Part shown: positions 1 through 10,276 of the stretch, one piece after another
Layout of the letters: each line of letters opens with the position of its first letter
Numbering within the stretch: the stretch's first letter is position 1
IMG/VR virus record: IMGVR_UViG_3300020473_000025
Location: 1 to 64,000 of that record
Source of the DNA: a virus
Lineage: Duplodnaviria; Caudoviricetes
Length of the DNA: 64,000 bases
Direction: 5' to 3' (one strand)
Translations under genes and position numbers: made by a program
The notes under the pieces: generated by a model
Database searches by the model: none
What the model was told of the DNA's origin: nothing
The model's input: the letters and a program-made list of their open reading frames with translations, nothing else

Positions 1-1011
1 GATCTATTTGCCTACACTGCAAAGCAGGATGGTAAGATTACAGACAAAGATGATCGCACAGTCACTATTACTTATAAGGATGGAACTGAAGTCACAAAAC
101 CTATTGGCACGCAGTATGCGAAAGTGGCAGATGGTTCAGCCAAACACGTACTTAAATGTGATCTAGAAGTAGGGCGTAGTATTAAAGCAGGGGATGTCAT
201 TACGTATAATGATGCATTCTTTGAACCCGACTTCTTTGATCCTAAACAGGTGAGCTATAAAGCAGGTGCAATGGCTAAAGTAGTACTGATGGAGACATCG
301 GATACGTTAGAGGATGGGTCGGCGATTTCACCTCGTTTGTCTAAAGCGCTAGCAACACCTACGGTCAAAACCCGTGCTATTTTAGTACGCTTTGATCAAC
401 AAGTTATTAACCTTGTTAAAGTAGGCGATACGCTTGAAGCTGACGGTATTTTATGTACCATTGAGGATGGCCTTACGGATGACGGTGCGTTATTCGATGA
501 AGAGACGTTAGCAAGTTTACAAGCGCTAGCGGCTAATAACCCAAAGGCCAAACTTAAAGGTGAAGTTGAAAACATCGAGGTCTTGTATAATGGCGATAAG
601 TCAGATATGAGTCCTACGTTGCAAACCATCGCCAATCGTTCAGATAGACAACGCAGTCAACTGGCTAAGCAGTATAAAGATGGTCGTGCTACTAATGGTC
701 GTGTTACCGAACCTGTAATCATTGAGAAACAACGCATCGAGTTAGATCATGCATTAATCATTGTTACACTAACAACGCTAGCCTCTCACGAGGCGGGTGA
801 TAAATTGGTATTAGGTAATAACCTAAAATCGGTCACTTCTCGTGTATTGCAAGGTACACATGAGACCAAAAACGGCACGCCCATCGACATGATTTTTGCA
901 TACCAGAGTATCTCTAACCGTATCGCTTTGGCTACAGAAATCATCGGAACAACCAACACAGTACTTGGTGTGATATCCAAGCAAGCACTGGCACTGTATG
1001 AGGGGGAGTAA
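1..1011 (+). CDS. Virion RNA polymerase beta-like subunit, C-terminal part (phiKZ gp178-like); 5' end lies outside the window
   Basis: Frame +1 is open from base 1. RpoB-like motifs ED(G)SAIS, GDKLV.GNNLKSV and PIDMIF...S..NR are present, and the gene precedes the gp177-175-like block. Confidence 0.85.
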   Translation, partial: DLFAYTAKQDGKITDKDDRTVTITYKDGTEVTKPIGTQYAKVADGSAKHVLKCDLEVGRSIKAGDVITYNDAFFEPDFFDPKQVSYKAGAMAKVVLMETSDTLEDGSAISPRLSKALATPTVKTRAILVRFDQQVINLVKVGDTLEADGILCTIEDGLTDDGALFDEETLASLQALAANNPKAKLKGEVENIEVLYNGDKSDMSPTLQTIANRSDRQRSQLAKQYKDGRATNGRVTEPVIIEKQRIELDHALIIVTLTTLASHEAGDKLVLGNNLKSVTSRVLQGTHETKNGTPIDMIFAYQSISNRIALATEIIGTTNTVLGVISKQALALYEGE

Positions 1012-1059
1012 TTCTCCCCCATTGGGTTTCACGTATAAATAACATGAATTAGGTGTAAC

Positions 1060-1254
1060 ATGAAAACAAACGATAAATTTCACGATAACGTTGTAGTGTT
1101 AGGTAGCGCTACACAGTTAGCAGTGAATGTCATTAAAGAGGTAGCGGGTAATGAGATTGCCGATACTGTTGAAAAACAACCTCTCTCTACCATGCTAGCG
1201 GATACGTGTGTTGCTAGTATTAACAGTCAATTAACTAAGAAGGGAGCAGTGTAA
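1060..1254 (+). CDS. Small hypothetical protein
   Basis: ORF with AGGTG ribosome-binding site; stop overlaps the next start (TAATG). Confidence 0.7.
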   Translation: MKTNDKFHDNVVVLGSATQLAVNVIKEVAGNEIADTVEKQPLSTMLADTCVASINSQLTKKGAV

Positions 1255-2684
1255 TGTTACACCGTCATGTTTTAGATGCATGTCTTTTAACAGCATCCGT
1301 TAATACCGATGCGGCTATATGCCTCACGCCTAAAGTAGGCACGCCGTTATCAGATCTAATTCAATCTGGTAGTACGTTAGTTGAGGCATCTGATGATGCA
1401 GTTGACTTAACAGAGTCTATCAGCTTTAACTCCATGTTAAAAGATTCAGGTGGCAGCATTCCTCATGATCTTGCCATGGAAGAAATTGTTAAACTAGCAA
1501 GCGACGCTGTGTCTACTATGCTTAACATTACTCGCAATGTAGTACGTCCTATCATCGTAGATCAAACAGAAATGCTAGATGTCTTTTTAGATGAAGAGTT
1601 GAAGCATGGTCATCGCCATGAGATTCTACCTGTCTTCTTAGAAAACGCGTTTGCTAACCCCTCTATTACGTCATTAACTGACCGCTATGCGGAAACGCCA
1701 GTACGTGATGTTTTACGTGGTACTGCATTGTTCCCAGAACGCGATGGTGCAGAGCTGCGTGAACTAATCAAGACAGGCATTAGCCGTATTGATGTAGACA
1801 TTGCTACAATTCTTGATGATCTCCCACCTGAGTTTTTGGTAAATCACTACAACCATATGTTCCGTGGTTTACCTAAACCGCCAGAGTCAGGTATAGATGA
1901 ACAGGCACAGCAACGTATTGATCGTGTCGGTGCAATGATCAGCTTCTTTATTGCTAAGCGTTTCCACGAAGAAACACCAGAAGGTGTTGAAGTAAGCGCT
2001 GCGGAGTTCGCAGAAGCGGTAGCTATTCAGATGTCTCAAGCGGGTCGTCGTATTTACCGCATCGTTTCACAACGTGAAGCATTCATTCGTCAACAACGTT
2101 TGATTCTGTCTATGCCAACGGCAAGTCAAACTAACCGCCCAATTATCGTAGTAGGTGAGGTGTATAACCAATACCTTAAAGAAGGTGGTAAACCTGAGTG
2201 GTTGATGGGTGCGTGTCTAGCAGGCGAGCGAGCACCAACCCCTAACACACTTAATGCTGAATCAGAAATGTTCCAGCGTATGTACGAGCGTGCTGAGCGT
2301 CTACATAAGTCTCAGAACAACGCCAAGCGTGTATCTGCGATAGTATCTGGTATGCGCAAGCAATTGTTAGCATACATCAGTGCAGTTGATGAATCGGATA
2401 AATCAATCATCATCGACACAAAAGAAGTACTGCGCAAACGTGCTAATGAAGTGTTAGAAAGCGTTGCAGTTCATGCTAACCTGTCTACTTACGAATATGT
2501 ACGTAAGGTAGTTTGTTCAGTATTCTTCCCACACACGCAGTCTTTCCGTATCCTAAGCGATATTGATGCACACGCTGCGAAGAATCCATCGTTGACACCA
2601 CGTGAAGCAGCAACATTGACAACTATCGATTTAGTATGTGAATGGGTTGCATCTCAAATCGAAGTCAAACGCAACGTAAAGTAA
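1254..2684 (+). CDS. Conserved phiKZ-like protein (gp177-like, probably virion-associated)
   Basis: 476 aa ORF with GGAG RBS; lies between the vRNAP gene and the protease. Assignment is by synteny. Confidence 0.55.
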   Translation: MLHRHVLDACLLTASVNTDAAICLTPKVGTPLSDLIQSGSTLVEASDDAVDLTESISFNSMLKDSGGSIPHDLAMEEIVKLASDAVSTMLNITRNVVRPIIVDQTEMLDVFLDEELKHGHRHEILPVFLENAFANPSITSLTDRYAETPVRDVLRGTALFPERDGAELRELIKTGISRIDVDIATILDDLPPEFLVNHYNHMFRGLPKPPESGIDEQAQQRIDRVGAMISFFIAKRFHEETPEGVEVSAAEFAEAVAIQMSQAGRRIYRIVSQREAFIRQQRLILSMPTASQTNRPIIVVGEVYNQYLKEGGKPEWLMGACLAGERAPTPNTLNAESEMFQRMYERAERLHKSQNNAKRVSAIVSGMRKQLLAYISAVDESDKSIIIDTKEVLRKRANEVLESVAVHANLSTYEYVRKVVCSVFFPHTQSFRILSDIDAHAAKNPSLTPREAATLTTIDLVCEWVASQIEVKRNVK

Positions 2685-2693
2685 GGAGCTTGT

Positions 2694-3416
2694 ATGGAAG
2701 CGTCTATGTATCGTCGGGATGCTAAACGCGTCCAACAGGCGCTGCAGCGGGTAAAGGATAGCCTTAAAGTTGTCCAACCCCTTGCAGTACACGTGCCTAA
2801 GCGTTACGCGGCTAAAGAACTTGCTATTGTAGGTTCAACCGTGTCAGTAGTGGGGATATATGGGATAGTAGTAGATGATAAATACTACGGCGTATCTCTA
2901 GTTAACGCAATGATGACGTTAACCCCTTCTAACATCAACACTATTGTGATTGATGAAGTAGAATATTATTCGTTAGAATTCCAACCAGGCGATACATTCA
3001 TGCCTAATGTGAATCTAGTTAAAGAAGGTACACTTGTGTACCAGATCTTTGATGAGATTGTCGCAAAGGGTAACACGCCATGGTATCTAGGCTATCGTGA
3101 TCTAGGGCAGTTGTTTGATACCGCACTGCATCACGGTGGGGCTAACTTGAATACTAACCACGCAATCTTGGAAATGATCACGGCAGCAAGAGCACGTTCT
3201 CCTCGCGATCGCACCGTATTCTACCGACACCAATTCAAAAACACACAACAGTTGTCAGATAAACCACCTGAAATCATTGCACTGAGAAGTGTACAGGATG
3301 GTGCGTCTAACACCACAGCTAAACTAATGGGTGCTTACCTAGACGAAGGGATTAATTCTGCGCTTGTAGACCCCTCACAACGTCTAGAGCGAGTTGAAGA
3401 CCTGTTAAGGAGATAA
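2694..3416 (+). CDS. Conserved phiKZ-like protein (gp176-like)
   Basis: 240 aa ORF with AAGGAG RBS, directly upstream of the prohead protease. Confidence 0.55.
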   Translation: MEASMYRRDAKRVQQALQRVKDSLKVVQPLAVHVPKRYAAKELAIVGSTVSVVGIYGIVVDDKYYGVSLVNAMMTLTPSNINTIVIDEVEYYSLEFQPGDTFMPNVNLVKEGTLVYQIFDEIVAKGNTPWYLGYRDLGQLFDTALHHGGANLNTNHAILEMITAARARSPRDRTVFYRHQFKNTQQLSDKPPEIIALRSVQDGASNTTAKLMGAYLDEGINSALVDPSQRLERVEDLLRR

Positions 3417-3417
3417 G

Positions 3418-4176
3418 ATGTCGAACATTGCCAAATATAGCTGTACCGCCTTAGCAGGAACAAATAAGGTAGGTCGCTTAAAAACCGATGAACACGGTTA
3501 TCGTCAAATGGTACTAGGTGCCTATGACTTTGATAACTCAGCAGGTGCTACGTATCCGTTTGAATCAGCCAAATCGTTGTTTGAAAGCTCTAGCAGTTTG
3601 ATGCGTCGTATTGCTAACGGCCAGTGCCGTGGTGAATATGGTCATCCTAAACCACTACCTGGTATGACTAACCAACAATTCCTTGAGCGTATCTTACGTA
3701 TTGAAGAGTCGGCTATCTGTGTACATTTTAAAGAAGTGTGGATTGATAAAGACAATGTCAAAGACGAGAACGGTAAACCTGTTATCGCAGTAATGGGTAA
3801 GGTGAAACCGTGTGGACCCCACGGCCCAGCGTTAGAACAGCAGTTAAGTAACACTGAAGAGAATGTAGCATTCTCCGTGCGTTCATTGACTAACGACCGT
3901 ATGGTGGGTGGAAAGCTTAACAAGCACATGAAAGTGTTAGTGTGTTGGGACTATGTTAACGAACCAGGTATATCGGTTGCTAACAAGTATCAGGCACCTG
4001 CGCTAGAAGGCATTGCTGATGATATTGAAATTGTACCTTCTATGTTAGATGCTGTAGAAAGACAGCAGCAGCTTAGCGGTGTCTCAATGGAGAATTCAGT
4101 AAGCTCTACTATGGTGCGTTCAGAGTTAGGTTGGTCTAAAGTCCAAAACCTAAACTTTGCATCACAGTCCTGGTAA
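3418..4176 (+). CDS. Prohead (head maturation) serine protease, phiKZ gp175 / T4 gp21 family
   Basis: Motifs GEYGHP, FSVRS and WDYVNEPG; C-terminal ALE and SME candidate self-cleavage sites. Confidence 0.9.
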   Translation: MSNIAKYSCTALAGTNKVGRLKTDEHGYRQMVLGAYDFDNSAGATYPFESAKSLFESSSSLMRRIANGQCRGEYGHPKPLPGMTNQQFLERILRIEESAICVHFKEVWIDKDNVKDENGKPVIAVMGKVKPCGPHGPALEQQLSNTEENVAFSVRSLTNDRMVGGKLNKHMKVLVCWDYVNEPGISVANKYQAPALEGIADDIEIVPSMLDAVERQQQLSGVSMENSVSSTMVRSELGWSKVQNLNFASQSW

Positions 4177-4183
4177 GACCATG

Positions 4184-4218
4184 TATAACCCTGCCAATGC
4201 GGTAGGGTTATATGCCGT
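4184..4218 (+). terminator. Hairpin + TATGCCGT element
   Basis: TATAACCCTGCC-loop-GGTAGGGTTATA followed by TGCCGT; no U-tract. Confidence 0.65.
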
Positions 4219-4231
4219 CAGGAAATAATAG

Positions 4232-4242
4232 ACCTATATTAC
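4232..4242 (+). promoter_or_regulatory. Early (vRNAP-type) promoter motif ACCTATATTAC
   Basis: Contains TATATTAC, the early promoter motif described for phiKZ; the motif recurs in this window. Confidence 0.75.
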
Positions 4243-4280
4243 CAGTATGTATTTACAATACTAACTAAGGATAAATATAA

Positions 4281-4793
4281 ATGCAACCACAGCCCTTTAA
4301 AGCTACGTTTAACGAGTTCTTTAGAAGCGTCTATCCTGTCAACCTAGGAATAGACCCACAACAACGTGGGTTGATTAAAACCTTTTTCTACGTTGGTGGT
4401 CTACTATTTAAAAATAGCGCCATTAAAGGCGGTAGTGACGATATTTCCATGGAGCAGAATGTTAAGACCCTAGTAGATATTCAACACCATCTAAGACGTT
4501 ACGGGCGTCAATTGAACCGTACATCACACCCACCTATAAAGGGTAAGTTGGGTGAAACATTTAAAACGTTCATTGCAAAAGACATAACACCCGAATTGCC
4601 TAAAGGCAAGCCTATGTTAGATTGCTACAACGCCTACGTAGCAGGGATGTTATCCATGTTAGAAATTCTAACAGAAAGTTCAGACATCGATAATGAAGAC
4701 ATAGCCATTACCCGCTTTGATATCATCAACGATGACCTTATGGCTAACACAGGGATTGAAGCTTGGCACGTGCCTGAATGGCCCATGGACTAA
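4281..4793 (+). CDS. Hypothetical early protein with an apparent internal duplication
   Basis: AAGGA RBS, downstream of an early motif; the two halves end in TFFYVGG and NAYVAGM. Confidence 0.7.
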   Translation: MQPQPFKATFNEFFRSVYPVNLGIDPQQRGLIKTFFYVGGLLFKNSAIKGGSDDISMEQNVKTLVDIQHHLRRYGRQLNRTSHPPIKGKLGETFKTFIAKDITPELPKGKPMLDCYNAYVAGMLSMLEILTESSDIDNEDIAITRFDIINDDLMANTGIEAWHVPEWPMD

Positions 4794-4840
4794 TTGAAAT
4801 CCATCTGTCTAGTTTACTATCCGACTGTAATTAAAAACAC

Positions 4841-4851
4841 ACCTATATTAC
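4841..4851 (+). promoter_or_regulatory. Early promoter motif ACCTATATTAC
   Basis: Exact motif in an intergenic region. Confidence 0.75.
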
Positions 4852-4951
4852 TTTTGTGAGCGTAGAGTGAATAAGACACCTATGTGATAAAAGTACTTAA
4901 ATCAGAAAACATTGATCCGATCAATCAATAAACAAATAGGAAGACTATAAA

Positions 4952-5503
4952 ATGGCTGAAGCCCAAAAGAAAAGCCCAATGCAACAATTCGTTCTATCTC
5001 AAGCTACAACTGAAGCACTTGAGAAAGTTGCCACTGTTGGTATCGACGCAAAGAAAATCGAAGCGTCTAACGTTATCACTAGCCATGTTGAATCAGTGTC
5101 TAATGGCGTTATCTCTTACGATGTACCTAAAGACGTTGCAGCGGGTCTATTGCCTGAAGGCTTGACAATGGAAACTGTTGACCAGGTTGGCGAGTTCCAC
5201 AAGAAGTGTGCAACAGCACTAGCGCAAAGTGTATCTGAAGTAGGTATCGATGCGATGGCGCAGGATAACGAAGTAACAACAGTAACCGGCTCATTACCAG
5301 TAGGTAAGTATACCAAGCTAGAAGCTACAGTACACCGCTCTAAAGACATCAGCTATCCTAAAGATGGCCAGCGTGTCACCGAAGCACGTCCAGGTCATGT
5401 AGACCTTAAAGTAACATCGAGCTACGGTAAGAGCTCGTCTAGCCACGTATCAGCGGTACGTACGCACGCGGCGGCACTAGCTAAACAGCTATTGTCTAAA
5501 TAG
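4952..5503 (+). CDS. Hypothetical early protein
   Basis: 183 aa ORF flanked by its own early motif and a hairpin terminator; AGGA RBS. Confidence 0.75.
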   Translation: MAEAQKKSPMQQFVLSQATTEALEKVATVGIDAKKIEASNVITSHVESVSNGVISYDVPKDVAAGLLPEGLTMETVDQVGEFHKKCATALAQSVSEVGIDAMAQDNEVTTVTGSLPVGKYTKLEATVHRSKDISYPKDGQRVTEARPGHVDLKVTSSYGKSSSSHVSAVRTHAAALAKQLLSK

Positions 5504-5525
5504 GGATAGTCTATACGTAAGCCAA

Positions 5526-5575
5526 GGATGGTAGAGACGTTACAGTCTCTACCATCTATGCCGTATTCTTTTTTT
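5526..5575 (+). terminator. Hairpin + TATGCCGT + T-run
   Basis: GATGGTAGAGAC-loop-GTCTCTACCATC, then TATGCCGTATTCTTTTTTT. Confidence 0.75.
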
Positions 5576-5662
5576 ACATGTTTTATTAGATCTTATGAGC
5601 CCTCCTTAGCAGGGCTATATTCATATTCAGGTGTTATGAATCTACTAACGAGGAGACGTATC

Positions 5663-6070
5663 ATGCATACTGAAAAGTTACGTCTGGTGATCAGCTCGCC
5701 ATTCATTCACGCTGCATTAAACAGCGACACCCATGCGTTGGCGTCTATGTTCAATCCACAGTGTCTGGCGATTGGTGAAACGATCACTAGTCAAGATCAC
5801 ATGCGTGCAAAAGCACTTTATAATGCAGTAAGTACACAGGCACCAAGTTGTACGTTTGACAAGTATGCTTATGTCCATTACTGGATACACCGTCACCAAT
5901 ATACGGGATGGGATGAAGTAACCATGGTAAACCAGCTTATAGATAACATAATCAATAACCATGCCGCTTACTTATTCTTAAACGAAGCTTATTACTTCGA
6001 TACTGACCAGGTGGTGACGCTTTACCAACAAACACTACAGGCATTAGATAACCTAACAGCTAGTGCGTAA
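5663..6070 (+). CDS. Hypothetical protein (start moved from 5528 to ATG 5663)
   Basis: GAGGAG RBS precedes ATG 5663; the upstream part of the ORF track overlaps a terminator. Confidence 0.65.
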   Translation: MHTEKLRLVISSPFIHAALNSDTHALASMFNPQCLAIGETITSQDHMRAKALYNAVSTQAPSCTFDKYAYVHYWIHRHQYTGWDEVTMVNQLIDNIINNHAAYLFLNEAYYFDTDQVVTLYQQTLQALDNLTASA

Positions 6071-6117
6071 TTACTATGACAAGCTTGTATCACGTGCTTA
6101 ATTAAGGAGCCTTACTA

Positions 6118-6426
6118 ATGTCAAGAAAAGATAACTTCCTCACAGTTGCTAATAGCTTTTTAGGTAAAATACCTCTACCTAAGGAACAGCTGGAAAAGGA
6201 ACAAAAGTTCATTAACACCGCTGCCGATAACGCTAGCTTCCAAACGGAAACTGACGCTCAGCTAGCAAGCCGCTTTAAACATTACGTTACTACTGTAATG
6301 GCTACAGCAAATCGTTTAATGAACGAATCTGATAAATGGGACGCAGTCACTCTTCGTGAACTGACTACTCAGTATCAGAATGAAGCACTGCAGCAATTTG
6401 CAACGCTTCAAGCGAAAAAAGCTTAA
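6118..6426 (+). CDS. Hypothetical helical protein
   Basis: TAAGGAG RBS, 102 aa. Confidence 0.75.
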   Translation: MSRKDNFLTVANSFLGKIPLPKEQLEKEQKFINTAADNASFQTETDAQLASRFKHYVTTVMATANRLMNESDKWDAVTLRELTTQYQNEALQQFATLQAKKA

Positions 6427-6436
6427 CGTAACGCCA

Positions 6437-6473
6437 TGACGCAGAGGGGTAAAACCTTCTGCGTTATGTCCGT
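6437..6473 (+). terminator. Hairpin + TATGTCCGT variant element
   Basis: GACGCAGAGG-loop-CCTTCTGCGTT followed by ATGTCCGT. Confidence 0.6.
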
Positions 6474-6497
6474 ATTAACCATATAAGGATACGACGT

Positions 6498-7100
6498 ATG
6501 ACTACTCCACTTATAATACTGGCGGAACATTTACCTGCGTTTAAACACTATATACCGCCTACACATCAACAGTGGGTAGATATAGATCGTGTTAGCACAC
6601 TAGGCATACCCTGCACCAATTTAAGTGATGAACCTGTACTGACCAACACTACCACAGAAGAAACCGTCATTGCCCTAAGAAGCGCGTTAGCTAACGCTGC
6701 TGCAGAAGATTTCATCAACATCCCCACTTACCTTAAAATGGCTTGGCTGGAAACCTCTAGGCGGATGACATTATTCGACACCATGAAATCTAGAGAAGAC
6801 CTGATAGACTCTACACTTATCTATCTTAGTGAATTAGAGTCTGTGGATGTCTCTGAGCTCATTTATGAGCAAACTGATCTACTTCATAGACTTATGCCTA
6901 AAGTCAACATACAGGGGCTTACAGAGCGTATAATGAGTATATACATGGAGATGAATAAGTTAGTTTACGATAGTGATTTAATATTAACCTCTCCAGCCAT
7001 TGCCGAAACTGTCTTATATCAAGTAGGATTACTTGATGTGGATCCTGTAGATTTTGTCAATAGACTAATAGCCCACCTTGTATTTAAACAAAACCTATAA
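6498..7100 (+). CDS. Hypothetical protein
   Basis: TAAGGA RBS, 200 aa. Confidence 0.7.
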   Translation: MTTPLIILAEHLPAFKHYIPPTHQQWVDIDRVSTLGIPCTNLSDEPVLTNTTTEETVIALRSALANAAAEDFINIPTYLKMAWLETSRRMTLFDTMKSREDLIDSTLIYLSELESVDVSELIYEQTDLLHRLMPKVNIQGLTERIMSIYMEMNKLVYDSDLILTSPAIAETVLYQVGLLDVDPVDFVNRLIAHLVFKQNL

Positions 7101-7102
7101 CG

Positions 7103-7154
7103 ACGGCATAAAAGAGCACGATTAAATCGTGCTCTTGTTATTATGCTTTTTTTT
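7103..7154. terminator. Bidirectional hairpin element between convergent genes
   Basis: ACGGCATA, hairpin AAGAGCACGAT/ATCGTGCTCTT, then TTATGC and a T-run. Confidence 0.7.
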
Positions 7155-8015
7155 TTATGCCGCTGGGCTAGAAGCTCGCTCTACTAATTCAGCAAAGCCG
7201 TTATCTACAGCGTCAAGATCAGCAGTGATCTTATCAACAAACGCAGCGCGGTTGTTCGGGTTAACACCTGAAAGTGACATGGTGTCTAGGATAGACTGTG
7301 CCACGGCATCAACCGTTGTACCTACTTGAGTAAGACCAGTAAACTCGATCGAGTGAAGTACTGACTCACCAGGAGCAGTAAGATCACGACGACCAATGTT
7401 TTCACCACCAGTCTTAGGCATCATGTTGGTAACTAACCAAGCATTGTTTACACGTGTGTGTGTTGGATCAGGTTCGATGAAGATCATGGTCATGCTGACG
7501 TAGTCAGGCAATAGATCCGCAGGAACATTCTCTGCCAAGTTAACAACACGTGGTACTTTAGTTTCAGGATCCATCAACAGGTTCAGCATCCAACCCTCGA
7601 AGAATTTGTTGATCACACGACCATACTTCTCAGGGAAACCAAATACAGGAACAGAACGTTCACGTGTAACGTTAGCGATGTCTTCTTGGAACTCACCGCC
7701 ACCACCTACTGCGTTTTCAACAAACTCAGCAGTTAGCGTTGAAGTCAACCCTTCAATGGTTTGTGCGTGAAGCTCAACCAGGTTCTTCAGCGTTGAAATC
7801 CAAACATCACTGTCAGGTAAGTCGCTAAAACCACGAGGGGCTTCAAGAAGTACCGGGATGATGTTACGCTTAACGTAGGCAGCGTTAGAGTGAACACTGT
7901 TGTAGTCCACTAAAAAGCCGTTCTGACCATTTTTGGTAAGGTCTACGCCTGTGTCTTTTGAGGTCGCTAAGTGGCCAACCCCTGCCTTTAGTACTGCTTC
8001 AGTTACACGAGCCAT
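7155..8015 (-). CDS. Tail tube protein (phiKZ gp30-like)
   Basis: Directly downstream of and coupled to the sheath gene; FIEPDPT...AWL..NMMPKTGG pattern. Confidence 0.8.
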   Translation of the reverse strand: MARVTEAVLKAGVGHLATSKDTGVDLTKNGQNGFLVDYNSVHSNAAYVKRNIIPVLLEAPRGFSDLPDSDVWISTLKNLVELHAQTIEGLTSTLTAEFVENAVGGGGEFQEDIANVTRERSVPVFGFPEKYGRVINKFFEGWMLNLLMDPETKVPRVVNLAENVPADLLPDYVSMTMIFIEPDPTHTRVNNAWLVTNMMPKTGGENIGRRDLTAPGESVLHSIEFTGLTQVGTTVDAVAQSILDTMSLSGVNPNNRAAFVDKITADLDAVDNGFAELVERASSPAA

Positions 8016-10060
8016 TATACTAGGTCCTCACTTCTGAATGCATTTACCGTGAAGGTACCTACAGTCTTCATGTTGTTACCGTAGGCGTTGATGTTACAGC
8101 TCCAGCTATAACCGCGATTGCTGTCATCTTCAGTTAAGAAGGTTTCAGGAATCACTGTCAAACGCCCGTCGAAACGACCTACAGTACGTTCGCTAATTAA
8201 CGCGTTAGAACGTTCAATGAACTGTGCGTTAGTTAACTTAGAATTACCTGAAAGATCACGCCATACACGTTGACATACTTTCTCAAGCTCAGTGAAGAAC
8301 ATCATGTTGATCGCTGAGTTAAGTACAGAAGTATCATCGTCGTATACAGTCTGAATTGCCGGGTAGAAGAATGAACGGCGGTCGTAGGCTTGTGACCAAA
8401 CCATGCCGTTATTCCAGTCGGCGTTACGAACACGTGCTGGTTTGTACGTGTTGTTCAATGCACGTAGTAGAGTAATTTGATTAGTCGGAGACTGATCAAA
8501 ACCACGACCTGCTGCTGCGATACCAGAGCTCGCACCCATGAACGCTGCTACCTTTTGCGCTAAGTCAACTGTCTGAGGTACAAGACCTTTGAAGTTACCG
8601 CCATTAAGCGTACCAGCCTGTTCTACAACGATACAACGACAAGTAGCAGTACCGTAGAATGCAGATTCAGGATAAAGACGCGCGGCTGTACGAAGTGCTA
8701 CACCGGTAGATGAATCTTCATCTACTGTGTTTTGCGGCTCAGTGATATCTTGCGTAGAAAGTACTACGTAGATGTCTTTACGAAGACCGATAGGTGTTAG
8801 CAACTTACGCTTGGTGTCTAGGCTGTAGCCTGGATCCCAGTATGCGCTGATTGGATAAGTTGCATCATCCATTAAGTTGTGCGGGCTGTTCTCAAAGTTA
8901 GCAACGTCGTCACCAACTAATTGATCAAAGTTCGCCCAGCTTAGGTCACCGTCATCACCACCTTTAAGGTAGTGAGTAGCAGTTTCAGATAGCAGGATAC
9001 CGCCATCGGCAGGACCTACTACTTCAATCGCATGGTAAGGAGTACCATCGTAATCCACACCACCCATGAAGTTAAGCGAGTGCATGTCTGTACCCAGACC
9101 ACCTACCGCTGCATCTTCAGCACCATGAAGGGCTGTAAGTACTGCTTCGATGTTTTGCTGGTAAACTTCGATGTCGCCAAACGGACCATAGACAGCCGGG
9201 AAGCCATCGCTGGTGTTTAGATCGGTATATGCTGCATTAACGACACGGTCAAAAGAAAGTTGAGTATCCAACTTGGGATTGATAACACCGTCTTTGAATG
9301 CAAACTCAACGTACTGGCCACTTGTTAGTGTTTGTTGTACCAGCGGAGAAGAGTTCTCACTTGGACGTTCAACGATTTGAAGACGATACAAGTATGCGCC
9401 TTGGTCATCGATGATGTCGCCGTCAACTTCAACAGAAGACTTAGCAGTAGGTGCGTAAAGGCGGAAACCTAAGTTATTGCCGTACTTACCTACATGGTGT
9501 GCTGGGATCTCCATAATAGGAAATACCGTTGACGTTGCTTCAGGTGCACCAGTTAGGTCACCTGTGCTTTGAGATGCTTGTCCAAGCAATTCACCTTCAG
9601 CCATAGGCTCGGTAAACCAGCGAACTTTGTAACCGTTAACGATATCACCAGTAGGTTGCTTTTGACCAAACTGATCAAGAACAAAACTACCATCACCACC
9701 GCGTTGGTACTCTTGGACTTCCGCTGCAACGATTTCTACGTTAAGACGTAGACGTGCTTGTTTTGCGTCTGCAGGCACAACACGTTGAACCATGATGCTG
9801 TTACCTTGCGTCTGAATGGTATTAGCCATTACAGTTGCTTGGTTAGCATACGCTTCAGTGTAATCAAAAGTCTTTTCACCAAATGTGCCGGTAAGGGCTG
9901 TGCCGATACCAAGTACAGGGGTAGTGGGACCACGTTCACAAAGAAGATGGATCATCGGTAAGTGCATCGGCAATGCTTCTGCAACCGGCTCTAATTGACC
10001 ACGAGACTGGTCATTAATGCCGCGCAAATTAGCAAATGGAGCTGCGCTCGTAATTGTCAT
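8015..10060 (-). CDS. Contractile tail sheath protein (phiKZ gp29-like)
   Basis: 681 aa; sheath-like YL.GG.DG, WDPGY and QTVYDDDTSVLNS segments; paired with the tube gene. Confidence 0.85.
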   Translation of the reverse strand: MTITSAAPFANLRGINDQSRGQLEPVAEALPMHLPMIHLLCERGPTTPVLGIGTALTGTFGEKTFDYTEAYANQATVMANTIQTQGNSIMVQRVVPADAKQARLRLNVEIVAAEVQEYQRGGDGSFVLDQFGQKQPTGDIVNGYKVRWFTEPMAEGELLGQASQSTGDLTGAPEATSTVFPIMEIPAHHVGKYGNNLGFRLYAPTAKSSVEVDGDIIDDQGAYLYRLQIVERPSENSSPLVQQTLTSGQYVEFAFKDGVINPKLDTQLSFDRVVNAAYTDLNTSDGFPAVYGPFGDIEVYQQNIEAVLTALHGAEDAAVGGLGTDMHSLNFMGGVDYDGTPYHAIEVVGPADGGILLSETATHYLKGGDDGDLSWANFDQLVGDDVANFENSPHNLMDDATYPISAYWDPGYSLDTKRKLLTPIGLRKDIYVVLSTQDITEPQNTVDEDSSTGVALRTAARLYPESAFYGTATCRCIVVEQAGTLNGGNFKGLVPQTVDLAQKVAAFMGASSGIAAAGRGFDQSPTNQITLLRALNNTYKPARVRNADWNNGMVWSQAYDRRSFFYPAIQTVYDDDTSVLNSAINMMFFTELEKVCQRVWRDLSGNSKLTNAQFIERSNALISERTVGRFDGRLTVIPETFLTEDDSNRGYSWSCNINAYGNNMKTVGTFTVNAFRSEDLV

Positions 10061-10276
10061 TTCCGACTCCTTAAATCGCCTTAGTGTAAGGCATGAAATT
10101 TCAAAACTAATTTAGCTAAATTAATTCGTGTGCGTTTCAATACGCTGCAATCGATGTCTAGTATTAGACCTAGCCAATTCTATGTATCGGTCAACGTCTA
10201 TCACGCATCATAGACATATGTAAATAATTAACACCATAGCATAAGGTTACTAGCCCGCTATCTATAAGGAAAACCC

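Noticed and set aside
5528-5662. N-terminal extension of ORF 5528-6070
   Set aside because: It overlaps a terminator hairpin and T-run; the strong RBS precedes ATG 5663.
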